From Octopus vulgaris (lineage: Eukaryota), in contig OX597817.1 in NCBI GenBank assembly GCA_951406725.2, positions 27,218,001 to 27,282,000 on the forward strand: DNA of 64,000 nucleotides, given 5' to 3'. The stretch's first letter is position 1. Every line of letters starts with the position of its first letter. The notes beneath the pieces were generated by a model. That model ran no database searches and was not told where the DNA came from. It saw only the letters and a list, made by a program, of their open reading frames with translations. Below are positions 24,666 through 37,611 of this stretch, in pieces. The position numbers and the translations under genes were made by a program.

Positions 24666-25030
24666 ATCATCATCATCATCATCATCGTTTAACGCCTGCT
24701 TTCCATGCTAGCATGGGTTGGACGATTTGACTGAGGGCTGGCGAACCAGATGGCTGCACCAGGCTCCAATCTTGATCTGGCAGAATTTCTACAGCTGGAT
24801 GCCCTTCCTAACTCCAACCACTCTGAGAGTGTAGTGGGTGCTTTTACATGCCATCGGCATAGAAGCCAGTTAACCTCTCTGGCAGCGATTATGCTCAGAT
24901 GGTGCTCTTGGCACCCTACTAGCACGGGCACAAGTGCCAGTAAGGCGACGCTGGTAACGATCACAATCGAATGGTGCCTTTTATGTGCCACTGGTATTGA
25001 AGCCGGTTAGCCGCTCTGTCAGTGATCACA
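24666..25030 (-). mobile_element. RTE-LINE 3' end (family E) nested in the Helitron helicase
   Basis: (CAT)n plus the terminal block. It interrupts the helicase just after Walker B. Confidence 0.9.
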
Positions 25031-26210
25031 CAGTATATTTATAGAAAGTTCTGCCGTTTCATCTATTTGCATCAAAGCAGCAATTTTGCTTCAGAATCTT
25101 TTGGGGAAATTTACAAGACTAATCATGATATTACAAGGATGTAAACAGGGAAATAGAAGATACAGTGAACTGTCATGTCTTTTAGGAAATCTACTGCAAT
25201 ACCAGTTTCTGAATATAAATACATATTCCTTCTATATAAATTACAATATTCTTAAATGCTTATCTTACTTGAACATAAGGGAATAGAACTAATGGTCTTC
25301 CCATTTATCAAATAAACTTTCCACAGTGCACCTCATATAAACGTACTTTACAGCTAATTTTAAAATCTGTATTTTAGGATGACCAGAAGCAGAATTCACA
25401 ATATGAGCTTCATTCATTTCATCATTAAAATAATTGTACTTTCAGCTAATCCTTAGGGCAGTATAGATTGTGAATAACCAATGTCTAATGGATATGATGC
25501 AAAGCATTATTATGAGCATTTGTCTTGTACTCTGTTAGAAGATAATGAACATAGTGCTAATCAGCTGGATTAGCCACAGAGAAGTCTCTTGGTCTATTTT
25601 AGTGACATATAATGGCAAGCACTTCTCACAGTTGTAGTAGCTTTCTGACTTCAACTTCTTATATAACCATTCCTTTTCATTATTTAATGGATTTATGCTT
25701 TCAGAAATTTGCTGCAAATATCATCACCATTAGTGCAAATATCATCAAACCTTACAGTTCCTTTTATATTTAATAATAAAAAACTGAAGTAAAACCTCTC
25801 ACTTTGCTTCGGAGATACTGAATAGATTCTTGAAAACATTTTATTCCCTTCATATATTCTCTGTTTCTATGTTGTTTCTCTTTTGTCAAAGACATAATAA
25901 AGAACTTCAGATTGGAGATACTGGCTGGCAGCCTTTGCAATTTCATTTACTCTGAACAATGGTGAAAAAGAGTGTTTCTTTTTTTGGGCATTTTGAAATA
26001 AGTTTCCTTCACCTCTTTCTATAGAATAGACTGGCTGTTAATGTTCAAGATGTACAGGAAGATGAATCACAGCATGTGATATATCATGCATATATATTCA
26101 GGCAACCTCTACATTGTTTCTGGAGAATGTAGCAACTATTTATACACTGTATAATTACGTTATGAATGAAAACACATTGTATTCTTGTAGTCGTACCTGC
26201 ACAGTCAAAT

Positions 26211-26212
<2 letters not shown>

Positions 26213-26279
<67 letters not shown>

Positions 26280-26356
26280 GCACACACATATATATATATG
26301 TATACATACATATATATATATATACATACACACATATATATATATACACATATATA
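26213..26356. repeat. (TA)n/(TACA) microsatellite inside the Helitron Rep motif
   Basis: Flanked by Rep-coding sequence on both sides. Confidence 0.9.
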
Positions 26357-27116
26357 AGGAAAGGTATGTTTCAGAGAGTTTGTGAAAGAATAAATTCCAG
26401 TATAGACAAAGCAGTTGTACTGGAGTGTGAAATATTTGTTTGGCACAATATTTTGGTTGTTAACTTTATTCCAAACTTGATACATTAAGCCATGGTGCCT
26501 TCCATATGAAGAAAACTCTTCTACTTTAGTTGATGTATCAGCCGTGAGATTTTTTTCACCATTTATTGTTTGGAAAATTGTTTTGAGCATTTGACATACA
26601 GGATACAAAGATATTGGAATAAAGTGATTTTCAAATTATTATACCATACCATGATACACTGAATGTATAGAGAGTGTTTAGTGGTGTGTGTGCATATGTG
26701 TGTGTTTGTGTACACACACATGCATGCACGTGCACAAACACATACATATTTATACGTACAAACAAGGATACATGTACATACATGGATACAAGAAAATTCA
26801 CCTTCATTTTCTTTCTCTTTTTTCAGTCACTCCTCTATTTAGAAGACAAAATAGATGCGAGTATATTCATACATACATACACACACACACATATATATAT
26901 ATAAATATATATATACATACATACACACATACACACACATGCATACATAGATACATAAATACATATATATATTACCCGATGAGACACATCTGCATGCACC
27001 ACTGGATGCTCCTGAACCAGTTGTTAATGGATCGATGCTAAATGTGCTGAAACAATTGTCATGATTAATAAAAATTGTTGTTTATTTCATCATCCATCTT
27101 TCATTTATCATATATA

Positions 27117-27885
27117 ATAATAAAATAAATGCCCCCTTCTTAAAGCCTAGCCAGGCTCATGGGCCCGGTTTCCAGGTTTCTTTGGTGTATGTGTTCCCCA
27201 GCTGGACGGGACACCAGTCCATTGCAGAGTTATTCATTTTTGCCAGCTGAGTGGACTGGAGCAACGTGAAATGAAGTGCTTTGCTCAAGAACACAACGTG
27301 TCGCCTGGTACAGGAATTGAAACCAGAATCTTACAATCATGGTGCTGATACCCTAACCACTAAGCCACGTGCCTCCACAAATAAATGTGCCCTTTTTAAA
27401 GCTTAACCAGGCTCATGGGCCGGTCTCCTGGTTTATATGGCATATGTGTTCCCCATCTAGATGGGACGCCTGTCCATTGCAGCATTTCTCATTTTTGCCA
27501 GCTGAGTGGAGTGGAGCAGCATGAAATGAAGTGCTTTGCTCAAGAACACATGTCGCCCAGTCCAGGAATCGAAACCACAATCTTACGATCATGGTGCTGA
27601 CACCCTAACCACTAAGCCACATGCCTCCACAAATAAATGTGCCCTTTTTAAAGCTTAACCAGGCTCATGGGCCCGGTCTCCTGGTTTCTATGGCATATGT
27701 GTTCCCCAGCTGGACGGGACGCCTGTCCATTGCAGCGTTACTCATTTTTGCCAGCTGAGTGAACTGGAGCAACGTGTAATGAAGTGCTTTGCTCAAGAAC
27801 ACAACATGTCGCCCAGTCCAGGAATCGAAACCACAATCTTACAATCATGGTGCTGACATCCTAACCACTAAGCCACATGCCTCGA
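27117..27885 (-). mobile_element. Head-to-tail trimer of SINE family D
   Basis: Three ~252-262-bp units. A single TSD CATTTATCATATATA lies at 27102-27116 and 27886-27900. Confidence 0.92.
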
Positions 27886-27893
27886 CATTTATC

Positions 27894-27931
<38 letters not shown>

Positions 27932-28556
27932 ATGTGCACACATGCCTACATATTTACATACATGCCCACATGCACAATATGTGCATGCACACACACACAC
28001 ATACACACTCATACAGGTGCACGTATGGCATAAGCTCAGATTGGTTAAAGCAATTACCAAAATTGAATAAGTACTGAAGTTGACATGAACAACTAAGTTG
28101 TTGAAGGTGATGCCCTAATATGACTATAATTGAAAGTACTGTAACCATTAAATGAGTATGGTTGTCATTTAATGTGTTTTATATGACCCTTAATATTTCT
28201 TAACAGTAATATTATTGAAAATAAAATATAAGTTAATCTGAGTACATCAGTCTCTAAATTTAATATTGTATTTAGAAATGATTCCATAATGTTAGGTAAT
28301 AAAGTTTATTCCCATCTTCTAATGAGTAAAACGTGTGTTACAGAAATTCAATTTTTTAAAAATGTATTTTCATGTTTAAGTTGAATAATAATCTGATTCA
28401 AAATTTAGTCTATATTAAATGTATTTAACAGATTCTTATATTTTCTGCAGATGTATTTTGAATTTACTATCTTCTTCACTATAGTACTGGGAATTATTCT
28501 TATACTGGAGAAACTCTACTGTACGAATAGTGTGTTCAGTAGTGTGTCCAATTTAA

Positions 28557-28776
28557 CCCTTTCATTACCAACCCGGCTGAAACCAGCTTTGGCTCTGAGT
28601 ACAAATGTCTTGTTTCCATAAGTTTTGAATTAAAATCTTCCACCAAACCTTAGTCTCAATTTATGTTCCTAACACTAGCTTAATGATAACCAACTTATTT
28701 TACTAAATTCTTTGTAATATTTAAAGTAATTGAAAGGAACACAGAGCATTTCAAAATAAATACAATAACGAAAGGG
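28557..28776. mobile_element. piggyBac-type MITE
   Basis: TTAA|CCCTTTCATTAC ... ATAACGAAAGGG|TTAA: CCC-starting TIRs with a TTAA TSD. Confidence 0.85.
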
Positions 28777-28978
28777 TTAAGAGTTTGTTTCCATAGTCAA
28801 CATTGTGAGTAGCCATTGAAATCACAACTAGTGAAAAGCTGAAGTGAATTAAGATAAGAAAAATGCTTCATACTGAAGTTTGGTCATATCACCAGAAAGT
28901 ACTAATTCAACATTTTATTTCCAGTGGAAATTTTCATTGAAGAACTCAACCACTCTTTGATATTTAACGCAATGTGGC

Positions 28979-29152
28979 ATAGGCGCAGGAGTGGCTGTGT
29001 GGTAAGTAGCTTGTTTACCAACCACATGGTTCCGGGTTCAGGCCCACTGTGTGCCACCTTGGGCAAGTGTCTTCTACTATAGCCTCGGGCCGACCAAAGC
29101 CTTGTGAGTGGATTTGGTAGACGGAAACTGAAAGAAACCCGTTGTATATACG

Positions 29153-29190
<38 letters not shown>

Positions 29191-29418
29191 TGTGTGTGTT
29201 TGTGTGTCTCTGTCTTTGTCCCCCTAGCATTGCTTGACAACCGATGCTGGTGTGTTTGTGTCCCCGTTACTTAGCGGTTCGGCAAAAGAGACTGATAGAA
29301 TAAGTACTGGGTTTACAAAAGAATAAGTCCCAGGGTCGAGTTGTTTGATTAAAGGCGGTGCTCCAGCATGGCTGCAGTCAAATGACTGAAACAAGTAAAA
29401 GAGTGAAAAGAGAAAGAG
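28979..29418 (+). mobile_element. SINE family A
   Basis: Full-length match. Confidence 0.9.
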
Positions 29419-29419
29419 A

Positions 29420-30075
29420 ATGTGAAAAACTGTAGGAAGATGATTTTAAAGCTTATTTTTCAGTGAAAATGCCATTTCAATAACAATTTCACATGGGTTG
29501 TAGTTCTAACATCTGTAAAGCATGGTTGTATAAAGCAGATTACTGCTGATGGTGATGAAACAAGAGTTTCAATTTTCAGTCGTAATGGAAGAACGAAGAT
29601 AATATATATTTATGCATGAATATTGCAACTTTAAGGAAAAGAATGAAATACCAAATATATATTTTATAAGATTGTTGGCAAGTTAGCAATTGTATATGGT
29701 AAAATTAATGCAATTCAATATATTCATGTATTAGCCAACAATTAATTTTAATTTTCTAGTATATCTAAATTTCAACAAGTTGATAACCTAAAGCACACCT
29801 CCTCATGTGATCAAGATAATTTTGATGTCAAACAGATAAATGTATTGTTTTGGCCTAATCAATCACCTGATTTGAACCCCATTGAAAATTTATGGGCAAT
29901 TTTGAAGATTAAATTAAAACGAAAGATGTATAAAACAGTCTCTGAATTAAAGACATTTATGATTAATATAAGTGAGAAAATAAATAGAAAAAAACTATTT
30001 GGAAAGTTAGAGTCATCAGTCAGAGAAAAAAATAAATGTTGTTTTGAGGGTTAAAGGTGATCATACCAAGCATTA
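29420..30075 (+). pseudogene. Tc1 (DD34E) transposase remnant
   Basis: DETRVSIF, FQQVDNLKHTS and WPNQSPDLNPIENLWAILK motifs appear in order. Confidence 0.85.
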
Positions 30076-30789
30076 ATTAAAATCTTGATTTTTTTGTTGA
30101 CATATAAAATCATTATATTAGGAAAAAAATATTAAAAACTAATTTTCATTAAAAAATTATTAGTACACTTTAGTAGTAATATTTGCATTTTCTAAACCCT
30201 TACAGTAATAAAAACAATTTTTTGTTACATACTGCACCCAAAAAAACCTATAAAGGAAATAATAAGCTACAGAATACTCTCTCACCTCCAACTCTACGTT
30301 TAGTTTCATTGAAACATTTAGTTATATCTTATATTAAAACATTATATATAGAATTGAAGTTTGTTTTTATCACATTAAAAAAAATATATTTTCGCATGCA
30401 CCTAGCAACATTTTCTAGTGCTATTTTTTGTTTTACACAATTTCATAACAAATCATTTTCATAATTACTGGTAGGAAGGTCTTGGTTTCAACTTTTAAGT
30501 ACAGGCTTTTCTCATCAATGCTGTCATTATATTTATCCATTTTTTGTTTTGCTTGTTAGTTTCATAGCATTTTGGTCCTGCAAAGAAATAATGTGCACTT
30601 AGCTTTCTATGACATTTCAGAGTACTTTTAATTTAGATTACAGTTTTCCTATCTCCACCACACTTTAGTTCTCTCTTACTACAATCTTTGTTTTATATCT
30701 GCCGAAATTACTGAAAATGAAAACTTTTGCTTTATTTGCATTTTGTAGATATTAATGCTAATTTTTATTTATTTATTATTATACATTTC

Positions 30790-31241
30790 CGGAGTGCTAA
30801 GAGTACCATATGAGTGAGATCATTGCCAGAACAACAAGCTGGCCTCCGTGCGGTTGGCACATTAAAAACACCATTCAAGTGTGATTGTTATCTGCATTGC
30901 CTTACTATCACTTGTGCTGGTAGCACACGAAAAAACATTCGAGCGAGGTCATTGCCAGTGCTGCTGGACTGGCTCCTGTGCAGGTGGCACATTAAAAACA
31001 CCATTTGAGTGTGGCTGTTGCCAGTACCGCCTGTCTGGCCCTCATACCAGTGGCACGTAAAAGCACCCACTACACTCTTGGAGTGGTTGGCATTAGGAAG
31101 GGCATTCAGCTATAGAAACTCTGCCAGATCAGATTGGAGTCTGGTGCAGCCATCTGGTTCGCCAGACCTCAGTCAAATCGTTCAACCCATGTTAGCATGG
31201 AAAGCAGACGTTAAACAATGATGATGATGATGTTGATGATG
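30790..31241 (+). mobile_element. RTE-LINE 3' end (family E)
   Basis: UTR repeats, the terminal block and (GAT)n. Confidence 0.88.
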
Positions 31242-31540
31242 ACACAGCCTGATATATATTTCTTATTACTATTAATATTATCAGAAAAGGGTGGTAAATT
31301 AGCAGAATCAGTAGAGTATCAGATAAAACGCCATATGGTATTTATTCTAACTTTTTACAATCTGTATTGAAATCCTACCAAGGTCAGCTCAAGTCCAATA
31401 AAATAAAATAGCAGTCAAGTGCTGGCACCAATGTAATTAACCAACTTCAACTTGCAAATTTCAGGCCTCGTGCCTATGCTAGCAAGCATTTGAAATAACT
31501 ATTAATTTTATCTGAAATTTATGTAACTAATCTAAACTCA

Positions 31541-31853
31541 GTGGAGGCACATGGCCTAGTGGTTAGGGCGGCAGACTCATGGTCGAGGGATCACGGGTTC
31601 GAATCTCAGCCCAGGTGATGTGTGTGTTTATGAGCGAAACACCTAAGCTCCAAGCAGCTCCAGCAGAAGGTTATGGCGAACTTCTGCTGACTCTTTCGCC
31701 ACAACTTTCTCTCACTCTTTCCTCCTGCATCTTGCAGCTCACTTGTGATGGACTGACACCCTGTCCAAGTGGGGAACCTATACACCAAGGAAACTGCGAA
31801 ACCAGCCCTATGAGCCAGGCATGGCTCAAGAAGGAACAAACAACAACAATAAC
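31541..31853 (+). mobile_element. SINE family C with 13-bp TSD
   Basis: TSD AATCTAAACTCAG at 31529 and 31854. Matches 19456-19766. Confidence 0.9.
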
Positions 31854-32124
31854 AATCTAAACTCAGCCCAGACTGCTCAGTGTGAGCTCAGGGGTTTGTG
31901 CTTTCTATGTTAGTACTGCTCCATTTTGTCATGACAGATTGACATTGTTAACTTTGTATTGTATCCCTTTTGGGATTTATTTTTTATTTCTATTAGTCAT
32001 TAGGCTGCAACCATGCTGGAGCATCACCTTGAAGAATTTTAGTTAAAGGAATCGACCCCAGTACTTTCTTTGGTATTTGGTATGGTACTTATTTTACCAG
32101 TCTGCTGCTGCTGCTACTACTACT

Positions 32125-32356
32125 TATATCTTTACTGCCCACCATGGGCTACAAACAGAGGGGACAAACAAGGACAGACAAATGGTTTAAGTCGATTATA
32201 TCGACCCCAGTGCATAACTGGTACTTATTTAATCAATCCCGAAAGGATGAAAGACAAAGTCAACCTTGGCAGAATTTGAACTCAGAACATAGCGCCAGAC
32301 GAAATACTGCTAAGCATTTTGCCTGGCGTGTCAACATTTCTGCCAGCTCGCCGCCT
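32125..32356 (-). mobile_element. SINE family B in a (CTA/CTG)n tract
   Basis: Full-length match. Confidence 0.88.
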
Positions 32357-32379
32357 TTCTGCTACTAATACTACTGCTG

Positions 32380-32412
<33 letters not shown>

Positions 32413-32998
32413 TTACTACTACTACTACAGTGACTTCATATCACATCCACTTGAGGAATTTCTCAACTCTCTTGTCCCTCTTTATTTTTTCACCCCATAT
32501 TGTGTTTACCTTCACCAGACTCAAATTAACCTCTATGTCCTGTCCTTCCTACCTGAAACATTCTCCAGAATTCTAACTCTGTATTTATATTTCTTGCAGT
32601 TAGTAACTTGCAAAAGTTTCAGCAGAACACTAGTAGCACTAATTTCAACAATCTCAGAGAATCTACAAAAGTTAATTGCACAACCATTTCAGCTTAGATT
32701 GCCCATGTTTGAGAAGAGCTATCTCGAAAGACATTTCAGCTATGATTATCTAGTCTTTTGAATGAGATTTGGCTGCTATTTTTAGCGTGTCAAGTGACTA
32801 TTAAAGTCCTTTCATTGGCTCACAATAGCTTATGTAGGTCCATCAAGTAGTAATGCTTAATTTTACCATTTTTATTATTATGTGACCAAATAATTTCTGT
32901 AATTACACTCCACTGTTAATAAATTAATTTCATTATGTTCTTCAGTAAACTCTAGTGACATGTCAAAACCATTTAAATTACTCTGTAAGCAATTCATA

Positions 32999-33398
32999 TC
33001 TTTATATATAAAAGTAAGATTGTGTGTCTGTCTCCTACGATTTAGATTCCTAACTACTCCCACATTTTGTGGTGCAGTTTAACCAAAACCGGGTATCTTA
33101 TAGTCGTGATTCATATCGAGCCCTTCTGCGTATTAGCGCACGTCTACGATGAGTCTACGATTTAAAAAAAATTTACCATTATTTTTTTCCATTTTTAATG
33201 CATTTTTTTCGCTATTATATAAGGGAAGTAACTCTCTAAAAATGTCTACGTTGAGTCAACGATTTAAAAAAAAATTTACCATCATTTTTTTTCCATTTTT
33301 GGTACATTTTTTTTGCTATTTTTTGGCTATAACTCTCTAAAAATGCTTATATAATTATTTCCCTTACAAATCCGAGCAACGCCGGGCAATACTGCTAG
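32999..33398 (+). mobile_element. Non-autonomous Helitron, complete
   Basis: A|TC start, CCGAGCAACGCCGG hairpin and CTAG|T end. Sister of 8249-8643. Confidence 0.9.
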
Positions 33399-33824
33399 TT
33401 TGAAAATAAAGTTATTTGTCTGTATTAGATTTCCAAAATAATCCCTGAATTTTAATCCTACTTCTACACAATTTAAATTGTGGTGGCAGCATTTCGTCAC
33501 TTATATTTTAAGGTTAGAAATGTTTAGTTGGTTTCATGTCGTATAAGCAGAGTAAGAAAGGAAGAGACAAACATAAGATGGACTTATCAAGAAGGTCTAA
33601 GAGCTGGTATCAAGTGAACACAAAACAGTGGAAATTGGGATGGAAGGGTATAACAATGGAAAAAAAATAACTGTAAAGATAGTAAGATGATAAAAGAGAA
33701 AGTAAATAAGCAAAATATCAGAAAAGATCAAAGTATGGATATATATATTTCACTTTTAGGGAGAGAAAGAGAGAGAGGTGGGAGAGAAAGAGAAAAAGTT
33801 CGCTGAATTATCTTTCATCGTAAA

Positions 33825-34212
33825 TCATCAGCATCATCGTTTTAACGTCTGCTTTCCATGCTAGCATGGGTTGGACGATTTGACTAAGGGCTGGCTAACC
33901 AGATGGCTGCACCAGGCTCCAATCTTGATCTGGCAGAGTTTCTACAGCTGGATGCCCTTCCTAATGCCAGCCACCCCGAGAGTGTAGTGGGTGCTTTTAC
34001 GTGCCACCAGCACGAGGGCCAGTCAGGTGGTACTGGCAATGGCCACACTCAAATGGTGCTTTTAATGTGCCACCTGCACAGGAGCCAGTCCAGTGGCACT
34101 GGCAACAACCTCACTCAAATGATTTTTCACGTGCCACCAGCACAATTGCTAGTAAGGTGACACAGGTAACAATCACACTCAAATGGTGCTTTTTTCTTGC
34201 ATCCGGCACGGA
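33825..34212 (-). mobile_element. RTE-LINE 3' end (family E)
   Basis: Terminal block and UTR repeats. Confidence 0.88.
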
Positions 34213-34236
34213 CTTAAAGGATGATAAAAATACATG

Positions 34237-34414
34237 CCATATTTTAACATGTATAAGGAACCCTCATGTATAAGGAACACCCTAATTTTGGGAGCTTCAA
34301 ATTTGGAAAATAGGCTTTTCAAAGGATTATAACACTATCCATGTATAAGAGACTCCCATATTTTTTAACCTAATTTTTGACAAAAAGGCGTCCCTTATAC
34401 ATGTTAAAATACAG
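34237..34414. mobile_element. MITE with CC(G/A)TATTTT TIRs (Tc2/pogo-like)
   Basis: CCATATTTTAACATGTATAAGG ... CCTTATACATGTTAAAATACAG. The superfamily is inferred from the TIR start. Confidence 0.7.
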
Positions 34415-35406
34415 CAGGTTACAGCTGGAGACATGGTTTGAAAAGTCTACCCTACTGAAGCAAATTTACATCTGGACAAAAAGGAACTGCAAAGAACAAT
34501 TGACAGAAACAAAGTTGTTGAAATATAAACCATGAGTCATCTAAAAGAGCTGGTCTCTAAGTAAGTTCAATCTAACAGCAAAAGAATACAGGGAAGATAT
34601 GTGTTGAGATGTGGCTTATGGTAAACTCTTTCCCAATTTCGTGTTGGACAGGAATATAGCTCTCCCTAGAAAGGAGAAAATGACAACATTTTGCAAATAT
34701 TCATTGTTTACATCGGTTTTTCTTATGCACTGATCTTGTGCTGATCTGCTGCTAGTATGCTGGCCTTGAATACAATTCTGTTTGTGTAAAACAAATCAAT
34801 TGCATTCATCCTGTTGTGTACATCTGCAGAATTCAAGTCCATTGAATTTACTTTGATTCATTTAATAACAAATTATCTTCTTTTCATGTTTGCATCTTGA
34901 CAATGTTAATCCTAATTAAAGTGAGCGGGTTTTAATTACATACACTTTTTTAATGGTTCAGACAAAGGAGAATGTCAGCACCTGTGACCCTTTCCAGGCT
35001 TTCCGAGAATGGTGTGAAGAAGTTAATAATAGATAAATTTTCAAAATGGTTCAGTTAGTTCATTGTTGTAAATTGATTTGACATTGTGATCTGATTAAAA
35101 TAATCAAATAATATTGACATATTTCTTTGAAATTTCTTATCAATATAACAGAGGCAATCTTCAATAGAGTAGTAGAGAATGTGTCCCAAATGATGGAAGG
35201 CATCAGTCTATGACAAGAAGGCTGACTGAACACAATTTGACCTGTATTGACATGCAAGCAGTCTTTGATCAATCAAGTGTGCAACAAGGAGTTAACTTGT
35301 ACTAAGTTTACACACTGTTAAAACTCAACCAAGTTGTCTATATGTATAAGAATCAGCTGCAAAAACTTTAATATCTTACAGTATTGTTTGATAACTGTTA
35401 GAAATA

Positions 35407-35577
35407 GCTGCCAAAACTCTTTCAAATTTCACTGTATTGCTTAAAATATGTCACAAATTGCTGCCAAAACTATTTCAAATTTCACTGAATTGCTTAAAAT
35501 ATGTCACAAATTGCTGCCAAAACTCTTTCAAATTTCACTGAATTGCTTAAAATATGTCACAAATTGCTGACAAAATT
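35407..35577. repeat. 53-bp tandem repeat, 3+ units
   Basis: GCTGCCAAAA recurs at 35407, 35460 and 35513, with a variant at 35566. Confidence 0.9.
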
Positions 35578-35827
35578 TACCTACATCTCCCTATATTTTT
35601 CAAAGAAGATCAAGACCTATTGGTTACTATAATCCCTGGTAAAGAAAAAGCAAAGATAGACCTAGCTGAAATTCATTTTGATCACAAATCTGCTTAACTA
35701 GGTCTGATTTGGGTTAAACAAAATCCCCAACCAATCATAAAATGTTAGTGTGCGTATTATGCTTCTAAATCTTGACATATCCAGTGTGCTATAATTATAA
35801 TCCCATTCAAATATAATACATACTATG

Positions 35828-36018
35828 TATAATTATATTTAAACTAAGCTATTTACGATGATCAATATTACAACCCCATTTCATATCATATAAATTATAT
35901 TTAAATTAAGCTATGATCAGTATTACAACCTCCTTTCATATCATATAAATTATATTTAAACTAAGCTATTTCAGATGATCAGTATTGCAACCCCCTTTCG
36001 TATCATACAAATTATATC
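35828..36018. repeat. Degenerate 52-60-bp tandem repeat
   Basis: AATTATATTTAAA(C/T)TAAGCTAT...GATCA.TATT.CAACC occurs three times plus a partial unit. Confidence 0.8.
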
Positions 36019-36060
36019 CTAGAATTTTAAAGCAAGGCTGAATCCATACTCTTTTATAGC

Positions 36061-36475
36061 TCTTTACTCTTTACTCTTTTACTTGTTTCAGTCATTTGAC
36101 TGCGGCCATGCTGGAGCACCGCCTTTAGTCGAGCAACTCGACCCCGGGACTTATTCTTTTTGTAAGCCCAGTACTTATTCTATCGGTTTCTTTTTGCCGA
36201 ACCGCTAAGTGACGGGGACATAAACACACCAGCATCGGTTGTCAAGCAATGCTAGGGGAACAAACACAGACACACAAACACACACACATACATATATATA
36301 TATACATATATACGACAGGCTTCTTTCAGTTTCCGTCTACCAAATCCACTCACAAGGCATTGGTCGGCCCGGGGCTATAGCAGAAGACACTTGCCCAAGA
36401 TGCCACGCAGTGGATTGAACCCGGAGCCATGTGGTTGGTTAGCAAGCTACTTACCACACAGCCACTCCTGCGCCT
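36061..36475 (-). mobile_element. SINE family A (CpG-retaining, probably young)
   Basis: Full-length match. Confidence 0.9.
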
Positions 36476-37376
36476 AATTCTTTCTAATTTTTATTTTGTG
36501 CAATACATAATTTTTCACATAGATTTAAGTTAAAGAATGATTAATTTCATGTTACTAAAGTTATTATTATACAACCACATCAAGAAATAATTTGTGATTT
36601 TAACTGAAATGAAATTGAACGCGATTCAATTAAATTGAAACAGTGATTGTTCAGTTATCAGGTGCATGTTGTGTATCTCACTTTATTTTAGAAACATGTT
36701 AATCATTGTCAATGTCATCATTGCCATTGTTGCAACTGCCACGGCAAATTCCACTCCTCAAATCCCCCACCAAACACAGCAGCAGCAGCAGCAGCAGCCG
36801 TCCAAGAATTTGAACCTGGAGATCTCCTTTTCCAGCGACTTCGAGGGCCACCTCCCAGTGGTGTCGGGCATCAACAAAGAGCCCTCCACAACAACAATAT
36901 GACCAAAGATTTTTTTTTTCCAAGGCCTGGGATCTCCCGCCCCTAAGCCCTAGACCATCACCTAATTACCCTTACCCGTCTTGTTGCTTAACAACAACAA
37001 CAACAACAGCATTATCATCATCATCATCATCATCATCATCATTGATTTTATGCTTACTTTCCATGGATTGAATGGTTCATCATTGTCAGTTCTTATTTGG
37101 AACTACTGTCCATCTTGTCCGGTCAGAGGTCCACAAGTTCAATATAAAGCATGGTTTTTGTTACTAGATGTTCTTTGTAATGCGAGCAACTTTGCAGTAT
37201 GTACTGGTTAATGTTTTATTTCATCCTTGGTAAAAAAAAAAAGAAAAAGAATCTCTAGACACAATGTTATCTCACTTTCTTCCCTAAGTATATTACAATG
37301 TTTGCTGGGAGTACTAGCAATAATGTATATATCAAATACATTATGGCATCTATATAAATCAATATTGCACATATTT

Positions 37377-37585
37377 TTCAAATTTTGGCACAAGGCCAGC
37401 AATTTCATGGGAGTGGATAAGTCAATTACATCAACCTTAATGCCCAAATGTTACTTATTTCATCAACCCCAAAAGGATGAAAGGCAAAGTCAACCTTAGT
37501 GGAATTAAAACTCAGTATGTAAGGACAGATGAAATACCTCTAAGCATTTTGCCCAGTGTGCTAATGATTCTGCCAGCTCACCATC
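37377..37585 (-). mobile_element. Older family B-related SINE with a different tail
   Basis: Shares the family B head and core. The tail is GCTGGCCTTGTGCCAAAATTTGAAA. Confidence 0.75.
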
Positions 37586-37611
37586 TTAATAGTGTACTTA
37601 TTAAACACAGA

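Larger units (their letters stand above)
23672..26675 (-). pseudogene. Fossil Helitron RepHel (Rep C-terminal part plus PIF1-type helicase)
   Basis: Minus-strand translation gives collinear motifs with many stops and frameshifts: [34 protein letters not shown] (Walker A), TGIAV, IDE (Walker B), TINKSQ, YVTLSK and NVVHRELI*. Confidence 0.9.

Noticed and set aside
26084-26608. 174-aa ORF as a real gene
   Set aside because: It is decayed Helitron Rep sequence read through a TA microsatellite.
36790-36860. PWWP-like peptide EFEPGDLLFQRLRGPPP
   Set aside because: It lacks the conserved aromatic residues, and the similarity is too short.
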